From Candidatus Moraniibacteriota bacterium (GTDB lineage: Bacteria > Patescibacteriota > Minisyncoccia > Moranbacterales > UBA2206), in NCBI GenBank assembly GCA_049297495.1, contig JBAQUL010000010.1, forward strand, positions 12,881 to 76,880: a DNA stretch of 64,000 bases, read 5' to 3'. Position numbers and translations under genes: made by a program. Under the pieces are notes generated by a model that saw only the letters and a list, made by a program, of their open reading frames with translations, was not told the origin of the DNA and did no database searches. Every line of letters begins with the position of its first letter. The stretch's first letter is position 1. Of the stretch, positions 46,211 through 55,322 are shown piece by piece.

Positions 46211-48319
46211 ATGGATCAAAAGAAATGGTCTCTCCAAATAGGAGGACGAATTTTAGAGATTGAAACTGGCCTATTGGCCGGACAGGCCAATGGCGCCGTC
46301 ACCGTGCGCTATGGCGACACAGTCGTGCTCGCCACAGCAGTTATGAGCAAAAAGGCTTCACGGATCAGCGGATATTTCCCTCTGATGGTAGATTTTGAAG
46401 AGCGTTATTATGCAGCCGGAAAAATCAAAGGCTCACGCTTCATCAAGCGCGAGGGTCGTCCTTCTGACGACGCAGTGCTTTCAGGACGAGCAGTAGATCG
46501 CACAGTGCGGCCACTTTTCAATCACCGCATGAGAAATGATGTACAGGTAATCGTTACCGTGCTCTCCTATGATGGAGAAAATGATCCAGATACACTGGCA
46601 ATTGTTGCCGCTTCAACCGCACTAGCAATCTCCAATATTCCTTGGAATGGCCCAGTCGCAGCTGTGAGAGTCGGAAAAAGCGGAGGGGAGTTCGTGCTTA
46701 ACCCAGTTAGCAATGGAGAGATGGCCGAAGGCGAGCTTGATCTTTTGATTTCCGGCAGTCTCGACAAAGTTAATATGATTGAAAGTGGCGCGATGGAAAT
46801 TTCCGAAGAAGAAATGCTTCGCGCTTTCACTTTTGGACAAGAAGCAATCAAAAAAATTGTGAGCTTTATCCTGGAAATTCAAAAAGAAGTTGGAAAAGAA
46901 AAAAGCACTCCGGCTCTTGTCGCTGGAACAACTGAATTTGAAGCAAAAATCAAAGAAATTCTTCTGTCTGAAAATCTTGCCGAAGCACTTTATGACAAAG
47001 ATAAGCAAGTAATCGAAGAGAAAATGAGCGCAATCAATGATAAAGTCAAGGAATATATCCAAACAAATTTTCCACAAGAAGCAGACAAGCTGAAAGAAGT
47101 AGCGGAAATTGTGTTTGAAGAAGTGTCTGATGAAATCGTGCATAAAAATATTTTAGAAAAAGAACTTAGACCGGACAGTCGAAAACTGGATGAGATTCGT
47201 CATATTGAATGCCGCACCGGAATTTTGCCACGCACCCACGGAACAGGACTTTTCACCCGTGGAGAAACCCAGGCCCTCACAGTCACAACTCTTGGCTCGC
47301 CTGGCGACCAGCAAATCATCGACACAATGGAAGTGGATATGAAAAAACGCTACATCCATCATTATAATTTTCCACCATATTCCGTTGGTGAAGTTCGCCC
47401 AATGAGAGGGCCAGGAAGACGGGAAGTTGGACATGGAGCTCTGGCTGAAAAAGCCCTCGTCCCCGTTTTACCCTCCAAGGAGGAATTTCCCTATACAATT
47501 CTCCTGGTTTCAGAAATTTTATCTTCAAATGGGTCATCTTCTATGGCCTCAACCTGTGGATCAACTCTTTCGCTCATGGACGCAGGCGTGCCGATAAAAA
47601 GACCTGTGAGTGGAATTGCCATGGGTATTATCGTAGGAGAAAATGACAAATTCAAAATCCTTACCGATATTCAAGGCTTAGAGGATCACTACGGAGACAT
47701 GGACTTTAAAGTTGCCGGGACAGAAAAAGGCATCACAGCAATGCAGATGGATGTGAAAGTTGATGGCGTTACACTAGAAATGCTTTCCGCAGTTCTCACA
47801 CAGTCTCATCAAAATCGCATGGAAATCTTAAAAAAGATTACCGACGCACTTCCAGCACCGAGAACTGAAATGTCCCAATATGCCCCAAGAATAATCACTA
47901 TGCAAATCAACCCCGAAAAAATCAGAAATGTTATCGGCTCTGGTGGCAAAATTATCAACGAAATTATTGACCAAACTGGCGTACAAATTGACATTGAAGA
48001 TAGTGGCATGATTTTTATCACATCTCCCGATCAAGTTTCAGCCCAAAAAGCCAAGGAGTGGATTGACAATCTTACCCACGAAGTTAAGGCTGGAGAACTG
48101 TTTAATGCCAAGGTGACTCGAATTATGGCTTTTGGAGCATTCGCTGAAATTCTCCCAGGACAAGAAGGATTGATTCATGTTTCTGAAATCTCAGACCGAA
48201 GAATTGAAAAAGTTGAAGACGTATTAAGTGTCGGAGATATTATTGCAGTCAAGGTTAAAGAAATTGATTCACAAGGACGCATCAACCTGTCAGCCAGAAT
48301 GGCAAAACAACCGGAATAA
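46211..48319 (+). CDS. pnp: Polyribonucleotide nucleotidyltransferase (PNPase)
   Basis: Two RNase PH domains, KH and C-terminal S1 domain (GELFNAKVTRIMAFGAFAEI...GLIHVSEI). ATG at 46211 (MDQKKWS...) preferred over the upstream ORF-track start. Confidence 0.9.
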   Translation: MDQKKWSLQIGGRILEIETGLLAGQANGAVTVRYGDTVVLATAVMSKKASRISGYFPLMVDFEERYYAAGKIKGSRFIKREGRPSDDAVLSGRAVDRTVRPLFNHRMRNDVQVIVTVLSYDGENDPDTLAIVAASTALAISNIPWNGPVAAVRVGKSGGEFVLNPVSNGEMAEGELDLLISGSLDKVNMIESGAMEISEEEMLRAFTFGQEAIKKIVSFILEIQKEVGKEKSTPALVAGTTEFEAKIKEILLSENLAEALYDKDKQVIEEKMSAINDKVKEYIQTNFPQEADKLKEVAEIVFEEVSDEIVHKNILEKELRPDSRKLDEIRHIECRTGILPRTHGTGLFTRGETQALTVTTLGSPGDQQIIDTMEVDMKKRYIHHYNFPPYSVGEVRPMRGPGRREVGHGALAEKALVPVLPSKEEFPYTILLVSEILSSNGSSSMASTCGSTLSLMDAGVPIKRPVSGIAMGIIVGENDKFKILTDIQGLEDHYGDMDFKVAGTEKGITAMQMDVKVDGVTLEMLSAVLTQSHQNRMEILKKITDALPAPRTEMSQYAPRIITMQINPEKIRNVIGSGGKIINEIIDQTGVQIDIEDSGMIFITSPDQVSAQKAKEWIDNLTHEVKAGELFNAKVTRIMAFGAFAEILPGQEGLIHVSEISDRRIEKVEDVLSVGDIIAVKVKEIDSQGRINLSARMAKQPE

Positions 48320-48339
48320 AAATTAGTCAAAAATCGAAT

Positions 48340-48375
48340 TATGTTTTATAATAGAAGCGGACAAACTCCCGCTTC
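48340..48375 (+). terminator. Rho-independent terminator after pnp (GAAGCGGACAAACTCCCGCTTC + TATTTTTTTG)
   Basis: Stem GAAGCGG/CCGCTTC followed by a T-run. Confidence 0.5.
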
Positions 48376-48526
48376 TATTTTTTTGTTTGCATTCTTTCTG
48401 ATCATCTTTTTAAATTTTAAATTTGATATCCAGGTTCATCTTAATAACACATAAATAGCTTAATAAAAAAACACTCACCACGTTGCAATCATAAGCGTAA
48501 AGCAGTGGGGAATAAAAATAAAAAAC

Positions 48527-49717
48527 ATGTTTGGCTTAACAAAAAATGACTCTCAAAATCCAACAGGAGTAAAAAATAATACCCAGCCAGGCTCAGGCCC
48601 AATAAATACTTTCAACGTTGCTGATGCGCCAATTCACACAATGCAAGACGATCTGGAGAAAATAAAAAATCCTAACGCTATCATTACCAACAGCACCCGA
48701 ACAGCGGTAACTCCAAAGCAAAGTACTAGTCCATTCTCAGTCCCCATAAACGAGAACTCTCAATCATTCAAACAGCTGGAGAACAGTTCAGCTAGAGCAA
48801 AAATAATTGACAAAGAGAGTAATCAATCTTTTTTGAAAACAAGTGGAGGATTTGAAGTCGCAAATCTATTTGACACACCCAAGTCAAAGGAGGCTGAATC
48901 CAATCTAAAAGCCGCCGCCAATACTCAGATTGACCGACGTTTTATGGCCTTCTCCGCCCTTTCTGTTATATTATTAATAGCTTTGACTGCAGCCGGATTC
49001 CACTTTTTTAATAACAAATCCACTCCACCAGAAGAAGAAATAGCAATCCCCATTGAAGAGCCAACACAACCAATCGAAACGCCCATTGAAGAGCCAATCC
49101 AAAAACCCACCCTATCATTCTCTGAAACCAACCCCAACTATCTTCGAATAGAAAATGGAGCCCTAATCGCAGATAAAATCAAATCAACATTAGAACAAAT
49201 ATCCCAAGAAGGATACGTACCACCGATTGAATTCATCATGACCGATACGCAAAATAAGCCCATAACATTTAAAGCTTTTTCTGAATTGCTCTCTCTTAAA
49301 CTTTCCCCAGCAATCCTCGAATCATTAGGCGATAATTTCAGCTTATTTATGTACAATGACCTTACAGGATCAAAAATTGGCTTCGCAGCTGAATCAAAAA
49401 ACGACGCTAATCTAGAAAAAGCGCTCTCTCGAGAAGAATCTGCAATGGCCGATGAAATCAGTCCGTTGTTTTTTAACAATAGTTACAACAAAGAAAAACT
49501 ATTTAACAGCAGTGAATACGGCGGAGCGAAGATTCGTTACCAAAACATAATTTCACCAGAAATGCTATCAATTGATTATTCGATCTATAAAAACAAACTT
49601 CTAATTGGGACAACTAAGCAAACCATCAGAGCGATCATTGATAAATTCAATAGTCTATCAGCAAACATGCAAATTGAAAGCACGTCTCCAGTAGCAGAAA
49701 AAACAAATAATAATTAG
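48527..49717 (+). CDS. Hypothetical membrane-anchored protein (396 aa)
   Basis: Internal TM helix FMAFSALSVILLIALTAAGFHFF. Pro/Glu-rich repeat EEPTQPIETPIEEPIQKPT. Confidence 0.45.
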   Translation: MFGLTKNDSQNPTGVKNNTQPGSGPINTFNVADAPIHTMQDDLEKIKNPNAIITNSTRTAVTPKQSTSPFSVPINENSQSFKQLENSSARAKIIDKESNQSFLKTSGGFEVANLFDTPKSKEAESNLKAAANTQIDRRFMAFSALSVILLIALTAAGFHFFNNKSTPPEEEIAIPIEEPTQPIETPIEEPIQKPTLSFSETNPNYLRIENGALIADKIKSTLEQISQEGYVPPIEFIMTDTQNKPITFKAFSELLSLKLSPAILESLGDNFSLFMYNDLTGSKIGFAAESKNDANLEKALSREESAMADEISPLFFNNSYNKEKLFNSSEYGGAKIRYQNIISPEMLSIDYSIYKNKLLIGTTKQTIRAIIDKFNSLSANMQIESTSPVAEKTNNN

Positions 49718-49862
49718 TACCATCCACTCATTTTAGGCTCAGATAAAAGATAATTAAATAAATCTCTTTAATTATTCTAAATAAATATCTTGAAAGCAGC
49801 AATCTTTTTGAGATTTTCCGAGATCAAATTACTTAGCGTTTAAGCCAAATCATTTCTTACAT

Positions 49863-49891
49863 TGACCCAACACTTTTTTCCTGCTATAATA
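49863..49891 (+). promoter_or_regulatory. Consensus sigma-70-like promoter TTGACC-N17-TATAAT
   Basis: TTGACC at 49863-49868, 17-nt spacer, TATAAT at 49886-49891. No protein gene for the next 600 bp or so. Confidence 0.5.
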
Positions 49892-49896
49892 TATGT

Positions 49897-50500
49897 ATTG
49901 ATCGTTAAAAACTAGCTAATCAGAACGGTAAAGCAATTTTCAATCGCAATTTCCCCCTATCTGCGATTGAAAATTGTTTTACTGTTCAAGTGTTTGGGCC
50001 AACGCGCCCGAGCCGCTCTGATTTCTAACATCAGAGACCCTAAAATAAAAACAAACATTGGTATGTCCGCTTAGGAGAATAAATAAATTATTAATCTAAG
50101 TGGACATGCCAAAAATTTTTCTTAAAAATAAAAATAAAAAGAAAAATAACCTAGCATTGTCTAGACTGTACCTTAAATTCAAAGGTGAAAATTCACCAGA
50201 GAATGGTAAAACAACATCCCAAGAAGTTAGACTCGGGATAATCTTGCAGTTATGTAAATAAAATACATGAACATCATTACATTTACATCGCCACTCACCC
50301 GGCGAGAATGTCTCCGTGTTTCATGTTATTACATGACAAACACTCGGGGCGTTTAAGCCAAATTTATTTTTTATTGGGCGTCGAACGCCCTGGGTTTCCA
50401 TACCTTATGAGAATCCGGGGATAAATATTAATAATTAATGCACATAAAGAAGCACCAAAGAAAGGGTGTTTTTTGTTTTTATAGCTAATATTGCTATACT
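49897..50500 (+). ncRNA. Candidate structured non-coding RNA / long structured leader (unclassified), containing a 51-codon lysine-rich sORF at 50106-50261 whose start codon is buried in a 15-bp stem
   Basis: No ORF of 60 aa or more on either strand between 49717 and 50507. A consensus promoter directly upstream. Perfect or near-perfect long stems at 49934-49976 and 50060-50110, plus further hairpins (50386-50400 GGGCGTCGAACGCCC). Direct repeat GCGTTTAAGCCAAAT at about 49838 and about 50349. Confidence 0.25.
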
Positions 50501-50506
50501 ATTAGC

Positions 50507-50893
50507 ATGACAATAACACTTAAAAAATCGCTTGGAAACCTGGGCGAAACCATATCTGCCAATTATCTTAAAAGTAAGGGCTATGAAATAATCGCGCTTA
50601 ATTACACAAATCCTAGTGGTCGCCAGTTAGGAGAAATTGATATTATCGCCAGGGATACCAAAAAAGACGAACTAGTTTTTGTGGAAGTGAAAGCCAGAGA
50701 GATGCAGAAATTTAAGCTTACTAATCCAGAAGAAAACGTCAACTATCATAAATTACAGAAATTGGATAAAATAGCCTATTTTTATCTAAAACAACACAAT
50801 CTTACAGGTCATGATTATCGATTTGATATAATTGCAATGTGGATTGACCTAGACACGCGAAGAGCAAAAATCAAGCATATCAAGTCAATTTGA
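50507..50893 (+). CDS. yraN: YraN-family (UPF0102) endonuclease-like protein
   Basis: GETISANYLKSKGYEIIALNY...GEIDIIARDTKKDELVFVEVKAR matches the UPF0102 pattern. Confidence 0.65.
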   Translation: MTITLKKSLGNLGETISANYLKSKGYEIIALNYTNPSGRQLGEIDIIARDTKKDELVFVEVKAREMQKFKLTNPEENVNYHKLQKLDKIAYFYLKQHNLTGHDYRFDIIAMWIDLDTRRAKIKHIKSI

Positions 50894-50975
50894 GCCAGTC
50901 CTATACACAATAGACAACAGCTTGTTTTTTTGCTAAAATCAACCCATAAGAAGAATAACTAAATAAATCTAACAT

Positions 50976-51323
50976 ATGGAAAAAAACACCCTAGATGAGC
51001 TCAAAACTAAGCTATTAAAAGAAAAAATGGATTTGGAAGAAAATTTGGGACGTATTGCAAGACCGGTAGATAAGGAAAAGGGCGATTATGCCGCCACATT
51101 TGATAATATTGGGACTGACCGTGAAGACAACACCACAGAAGTCGAAGAGTATACGGAAAATCTTCCGGTAGAAATTACTTTGGAAAAAAAGCTACAAGAT
51201 ATAATCAGCGCGCTAGATAGAATGGAAAATGGTACCTATGGAAAATGCGAAAATTGCCAAAAAGAAATCGACATTGAAAGATTAAAAGCCAATCCTAGTG
51301 CAAAAACTTGCATTAAATGTTAA
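50976..51323 (+). CDS. DksA/TraR-family C4 zinc-finger protein
   Basis: C-terminal CENCQKEIDIERLKANPSAKTCIKC (C-X2-C-X17-C-X2-C) preceded by a coiled-coil N-terminus. Confidence 0.6.
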   Translation: MEKNTLDELKTKLLKEKMDLEENLGRIARPVDKEKGDYAATFDNIGTDREDNTTEVEEYTENLPVEITLEKKLQDIISALDRMENGTYGKCENCQKEIDIERLKANPSAKTCIKC

Positions 51324-51769
51324 GACGCAACAAATTGATGCCGCTCAGCCCACAATTCAAAAAAGGATTGTTCTTATTTTCAAGCACCCTTTCTTTGATT
51401 ATACTCGACCAGTTAACTAAATATTTAATCCGCTTTTTTGGCGGATTTTATATTTGCAACAAGGGGATTGCATTTGGGATAAGCCTGCCGCATTGGTTAA
51501 TATTAGGGTTTATTATCGCTTTTTTTGTTTTTACTGGTTTTTTAATTTTAAATTTTAATCCGCCAGCTGGCGGATCAAATTATCCTCTTGTTTTGATCCT
51601 ATCTGGCGCTATCTCCAATCTATTTGACCGATTATATTTCGGCTGTGTAATTGATTTTATTAATCTTGAGATTTGGCCGGTTTTTAATCTGGCTGATATA
51701 TTGATCTGTGTTGGAGTATTTCTTTTAATTATAAATCTCAATACTTCCTACCCCAAAAAGAAAAATTAA
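51317..51769 (+). CDS. lspA: Lipoprotein signal peptidase (signal peptidase II)
   Basis: NKGIAFG, FDRLYFGCVIDFI, FNLADILI match LspA conserved blocks. The start overlaps the upstream stop (ATGTTAA); an alternative ATG lies at 51338. Confidence 0.75.
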   Translation: MLRRNKLMPLSPQFKKGLFLFSSTLSLIILDQLTKYLIRFFGGFYICNKGIAFGISLPHWLILGFIIAFFVFTGFLILNFNPPAGGSNYPLVLILSGAISNLFDRLYFGCVIDFINLEIWPVFNLADILICVGVFLLIINLNTSYPKKKN

Positions 51770-51795
51770 GCTAAATAAAATTAACAAAACAAAAT

Positions 51796-53322
51796 ATGTC
51801 ATCAAAGGTTTTTTCCGCTGCAGTCATTGGCCTTAAAAGCGCTCTGGTTGAAGTTGAAGTGGACACCCTTTCAGCTGGAATGCACCATTTCAATATAGTC
51901 GGGCTACCAGACACAGCAATCAAAGAATCCCAAGACCGTGTCAGCTCGGCCATTAAAAATAGTGGCCTTATTGCACCTCATCGCTGTGGCAGAATCACGG
52001 TTAACCTCGCTCCAGCTGATTTGCCAAAAGTTGGTCCACTCTACGACCTACCAATCGCACTCGGATTCCTAGTTGCTACAAAGCAACTCTCTTTTGATCA
52101 TACCAACAAGCTCTTTATTGGAGAACTTTCATTAGATGGACGAATTAGGCCTGTGAAGGGTGTTCTACTTGTCGCGCTGCTTGCTAAAGAAAAAAATATC
52201 GACACACTCTTTGTTCCAGCAGAAAATGCCAAAGAAGCCTCCATTATTGAAAACCTGAATATTATCGCCGTTTCCACGCTCAAAGAACTAATTGATCATC
52301 TCGAGAATAGATCCGCAATAAGTTTATTCCCAAAAACAGATTTAGAAAAACTATTCCACGAAGAAGGCCATCAATATGACATGAAAAACATCAAAGGCCA
52401 AGAGCATGCTAAGAGGGCATTGGAGATTGCATCGGCGGGCGCGCACAACATCATCCTAAACGGACCACCTGGATCAGGCAAAACTCTTCTTGCCAAGACT
52501 ATGACGTCAATCTTGCCTCGACTCACTATCGCAGAAGCATTAGAGGTAACAAAGATATTTTCCGTTGCCGGCTATCTTCCAAAAGAAAACAGCCTTATTA
52601 CAAAAAGACAGTTTCGTTCGCCTCATCACTCAGCGAGCGCCGCCTCGCTTGTTGGCGGAGGAACTTTTCCAAAACCTGGGGAGATTAGTCTAGCTCATCG
52701 TGGTATACTATTTCTAGATGAGTTTTCTGAATTCTCGCGCTCTGTTCTTGAGAATCTTCGCCAACCATTGGAAAATGGGCTTATCACAATTTCCCGCGCT
52801 CAAGGCACATTGGAATTCCCCGCTCGTTTCACTCTGGTTGCTGCTATGAATCCTTGCCCTTGCGGCAATGCCACTGATCCAGAAAAAGCCTGTTCATGCA
52901 GTCCTGGCAATATTATTCGCTATCAAGCCAAAATATCCGGACCAATTCTTGATCGAATTGATCTCCACATTGAAGTTCCTCGGCTAAAATTCGAAAAACT
53001 TTCTGAAAATAGCCAACAAGAAAACTCTGATAGCATTCGTGAGCGCGTTGAAAAAGCTCGTAAAATTCAAAAGAGACGCTTCTTAGACTCTAGAATAATT
53101 TCAAATTCAGAAATGGAAAGCGAGCAAATTAAAAAATATTGTCAATTAGACGAAGCTGGGGCTGAGTTAATGAAAAATGCGCTGTCTCGGTTTTATCTCA
53201 GCGCCAGAGCTTATTTTCGCATAATTAAAGTTGCCAGGACAATTGCTGATCTTGAGGAAGCGGAAAACATCAAACCAACCCACATTGCTGAAGCGATTCA
53301 ATATAGATTTAAAAGCGAGTAG
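51796..53322 (+). CDS. comM: Mg-chelatase-like AAA+ ATPase YifB/ComM
   Basis: N-terminal Lon-protease-like domain, Walker A GPPGSGKT, Walker B FLDEF, C-terminal region; 508 aa. Confidence 0.85.
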   Translation: MSSKVFSAAVIGLKSALVEVEVDTLSAGMHHFNIVGLPDTAIKESQDRVSSAIKNSGLIAPHRCGRITVNLAPADLPKVGPLYDLPIALGFLVATKQLSFDHTNKLFIGELSLDGRIRPVKGVLLVALLAKEKNIDTLFVPAENAKEASIIENLNIIAVSTLKELIDHLENRSAISLFPKTDLEKLFHEEGHQYDMKNIKGQEHAKRALEIASAGAHNIILNGPPGSGKTLLAKTMTSILPRLTIAEALEVTKIFSVAGYLPKENSLITKRQFRSPHHSASAASLVGGGTFPKPGEISLAHRGILFLDEFSEFSRSVLENLRQPLENGLITISRAQGTLEFPARFTLVAAMNPCPCGNATDPEKACSCSPGNIIRYQAKISGPILDRIDLHIEVPRLKFEKLSENSQQENSDSIRERVEKARKIQKRRFLDSRIISNSEMESEQIKKYCQLDEAGAELMKNALSRFYLSARAYFRIIKVARTIADLEEAENIKPTHIAEAIQYRFKSE

Positions 53323-53327
53323 TGACG

Positions 53328-53360
53328 TGTCATTCCCGCCCCCGTCTTCATAGGGATAAC
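53328..53360. repeat. Second copy of the TGTCATTCCCGCCCCCGTCTTCA element (reverse orientation relative to 1894-1938)
   Basis: 23-bp exact match to the reverse complement of 1915-1937, plus adjacent similarity. Confidence 0.5.
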
Positions 53361-53412
53361 GAAAATTAAGGTTTCGCTTAAACCATAGGCTAAGCCAGAA
53401 AACATTCCCCCA

Positions 53413-54366
53413 ATGCCCCAAAAACCTCTAAAAACTTTATTAAAACTCCTACTCCTTGCCATCACAATATTTATTTTGTGGAATTTTTTTTTCGCCGAGG
53501 AAAAAAGAGAACTACTTTTTGAGCTGAGACCAAAAATAGTCACACTTTCCGACAACGGGCTTGAAACAAAGATAAATACGAGTGCGCAGACTGTGGATAA
53601 CTTTCTTGCAGAACAAAAGATTGCTCTTTTCGAGCATGACGAGGTTTTGCCAGATAGAACCAGTCCGCTCTTTCCAGGCATAAATATTAAAATTCGCCGA
53701 GCAGTGAAGATAAAAATTCTGGTCGATGGCAAAAAGATTGAAAATTACACACTCACCAATAATCTACTTCTAGTTTTAGCTGAAAACAATATTACGCTTG
53801 GGCGCCTTGATAAAACCACGCCGGATAAGACCAGTCTTTTGACTAATAATTTGGAAATTGCCGTCACTCGCATTAATGTCGAAGAAAAAGTCATCCCCGA
53901 AGACATCGCATTCAAAACAACAGAAAAAACCGACAACAAGCTGGGTTGGCGAGAGAAAAAGACCGAGATTGCTGGACAAAAAGGCATCCGTGAAGTAAAA
54001 TACAAAATCACCTACAAAGATGGAAAAGAGATTTCTCGTGTCGTCCTAGAGAAGAAAGTTACCAAGGAACCGGTCACTGAGGTGATTACGCAAGGAACGT
54101 ATGTTAAAACCGGCAATGCCCGAAAGGGCCAAGGGACTTGGTATGCCTGGAAGGGTGGACTGTTTGCTGCCAGTACAACCATTCCGAAAGGTAGCTACGC
54201 CAGAGTGACCAATACCGCCAATGGCAAGTCGGTCATGGTCCAAATCAATGACTACGGCCCACAAGGCAAGGGCCGCATAATTGACCTCGACAAAGTCGCT
54301 TTTGCCAAAATCGCCTCGCTTGGCGCGGGAGTGATTGGGGTGAAAGTAGAGGAGGTGCTAAATTAA
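53413..54366 (+). CDS. Membrane-anchored cell-wall protein: DUF348-like region + G5 domain + C-terminal RlpA-like double-psi beta-barrel (lytic-transglycosylase-like) domain
   Basis: N-terminal TM; G5-like block (GWREKKTEIAGQKGIREVKYKITYKDGKE); C-terminal GTWYAWKGG...VTNTANGKSVMVQINDYGPQGKGRIIDL matches the RlpA/DPBB pattern. Confidence 0.55.
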   Translation: MPQKPLKTLLKLLLLAITIFILWNFFFAEEKRELLFELRPKIVTLSDNGLETKINTSAQTVDNFLAEQKIALFEHDEVLPDRTSPLFPGINIKIRRAVKIKILVDGKKIENYTLTNNLLLVLAENNITLGRLDKTTPDKTSLLTNNLEIAVTRINVEEKVIPEDIAFKTTEKTDNKLGWREKKTEIAGQKGIREVKYKITYKDGKEISRVVLEKKVTKEPVTEVITQGTYVKTGNARKGQGTWYAWKGGLFAASTTIPKGSYARVTNTANGKSVMVQINDYGPQGKGRIIDLDKVAFAKIASLGAGVIGVKVEEVLN

Positions 54367-54392
54367 CTAGCAACCAATAATTTCAGTGATAT

Positions 54393-55313
54393 ATGGCAAC
54401 GATTAAACCAAAAAGGTCCTTAGGTCAAAATTTTCTCCGAGACATTGCTGTTTTGGATCGGATTATAGAATCTGCTAATTTAAGTAAGGGTGATCTTGTG
54501 ATTGAAGTTGGACCAGGAGAGGGCGTTCTCTCTATTGAACTTGCAAAGCGAGTTAATAAATTGATAATGGTGGAGAAAGATGAGGAATTAGCGAAAAAGA
54601 CCGCGACCAATTTCAAATTTAAAATTTCCAATGACAAATCAAACCCAAATGACAAAAATTTAAATCCCAAAAGTAATGCCACGATAATAATTGGCGATAT
54701 TTTAGAGATTAACTTACCGGAATTGATTGAGGTAGAGACGCAGCACCGTTGCGTCTCGAAAAATGTCAACACCAAGACGCAGCAGTGCTGCGTCTCTACA
54801 GACATCGATAATTATCAATACAAAGTCATCGCCAATATTCCGTATTACATCACCTCTCCAATTATTCGATTATTCCTAGAAACCAAATATCCGCCAACAG
54901 AAATGCTGCTGATGGTACAAAAAGAGGTGGCTGAGCGTATCTGCGCCAAAGCGGGAAAACTAAGCATCCTCGCTCTGTCTGTCCAATATTATGCCACGCC
55001 GGAATTGCTTTTTACTGTTCCAAGGGCTGCATTTTTCCCTGTGCCAGAGGTTGATAGTGCGGTTATTAGAATAACGAGAAATGAAAGGCCTGCCTGCGCC
55101 AAAACTTCGACGGGTGAAACAAAAAAGTTTTTTAAGCTTGTCAAAGCGGGATTTTCCGCTAAAAGAAAAACGCTAGTTAACAATCTTTCCAGCAGCTTGC
55201 AACTAGAAAAAGCTATTATCGAAGAAAAATTAAAACAAATTGGTATTTCTCCAAAGCAAAGAGCACAAGAATTACAATTGGAAGATTGGAAAAATCTAAC
55301 TAAATCTCTGTAG
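54393..55313 (+). CDS. rsmA: 16S rRNA (adenine1518/1519-N6)-dimethyltransferase RsmA/KsgA, carrying an in-frame insertion of about 40 aa that contains two DNA hairpins
   Basis: QNFL, VIEVGPGEGVLS (SAM motif I), ANIPYYITSPI (motif IV). Insertion ...ETQHRCVSKNVNTKTQQCCVSTD... is encoded by hairpins AGAGACGCAGCACCGTTGCGTCTCG (54735-54759) and AGACGCAGCAGTGCTGCGTCT (54774-54797). Confidence 0.8.
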   Translation: MATIKPKRSLGQNFLRDIAVLDRIIESANLSKGDLVIEVGPGEGVLSIELAKRVNKLIMVEKDEELAKKTATNFKFKISNDKSNPNDKNLNPKSNATIIIGDILEINLPELIEVETQHRCVSKNVNTKTQQCCVSTDIDNYQYKVIANIPYYITSPIIRLFLETKYPPTEMLLMVQKEVAERICAKAGKLSILALSVQYYATPELLFTVPRAAFFPVPEVDSAVIRITRNERPACAKTSTGETKKFFKLVKAGFSAKRKTLVNNLSSSLQLEKAIIEEKLKQIGISPKQRAQELQLEDWKNLTKSL

Positions 55314-55322
55314 GGGAAAGGA

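Noticed and set aside
49860-50506. tmRNA, RNase P RNA or SRP RNA in the ORF-free region
   Set aside because: Could not find the tRNA-like 3' end (T-loop + CCA acceptor) of tmRNA, the RNase P conserved P4/GNRA regions, or the SRP domain IV motif by eye; left as an unclassified candidate RNA.
53298-53732. Minus-strand ORF of 144 aa
   Set aside because: Antisense to the start of the G5/RlpA-domain gene and its N-terminus is encoded by the TGTCATTCCCGC repeat (…KTGAGMT…, the same peptide artefact seen at 1886); no support as a gene.
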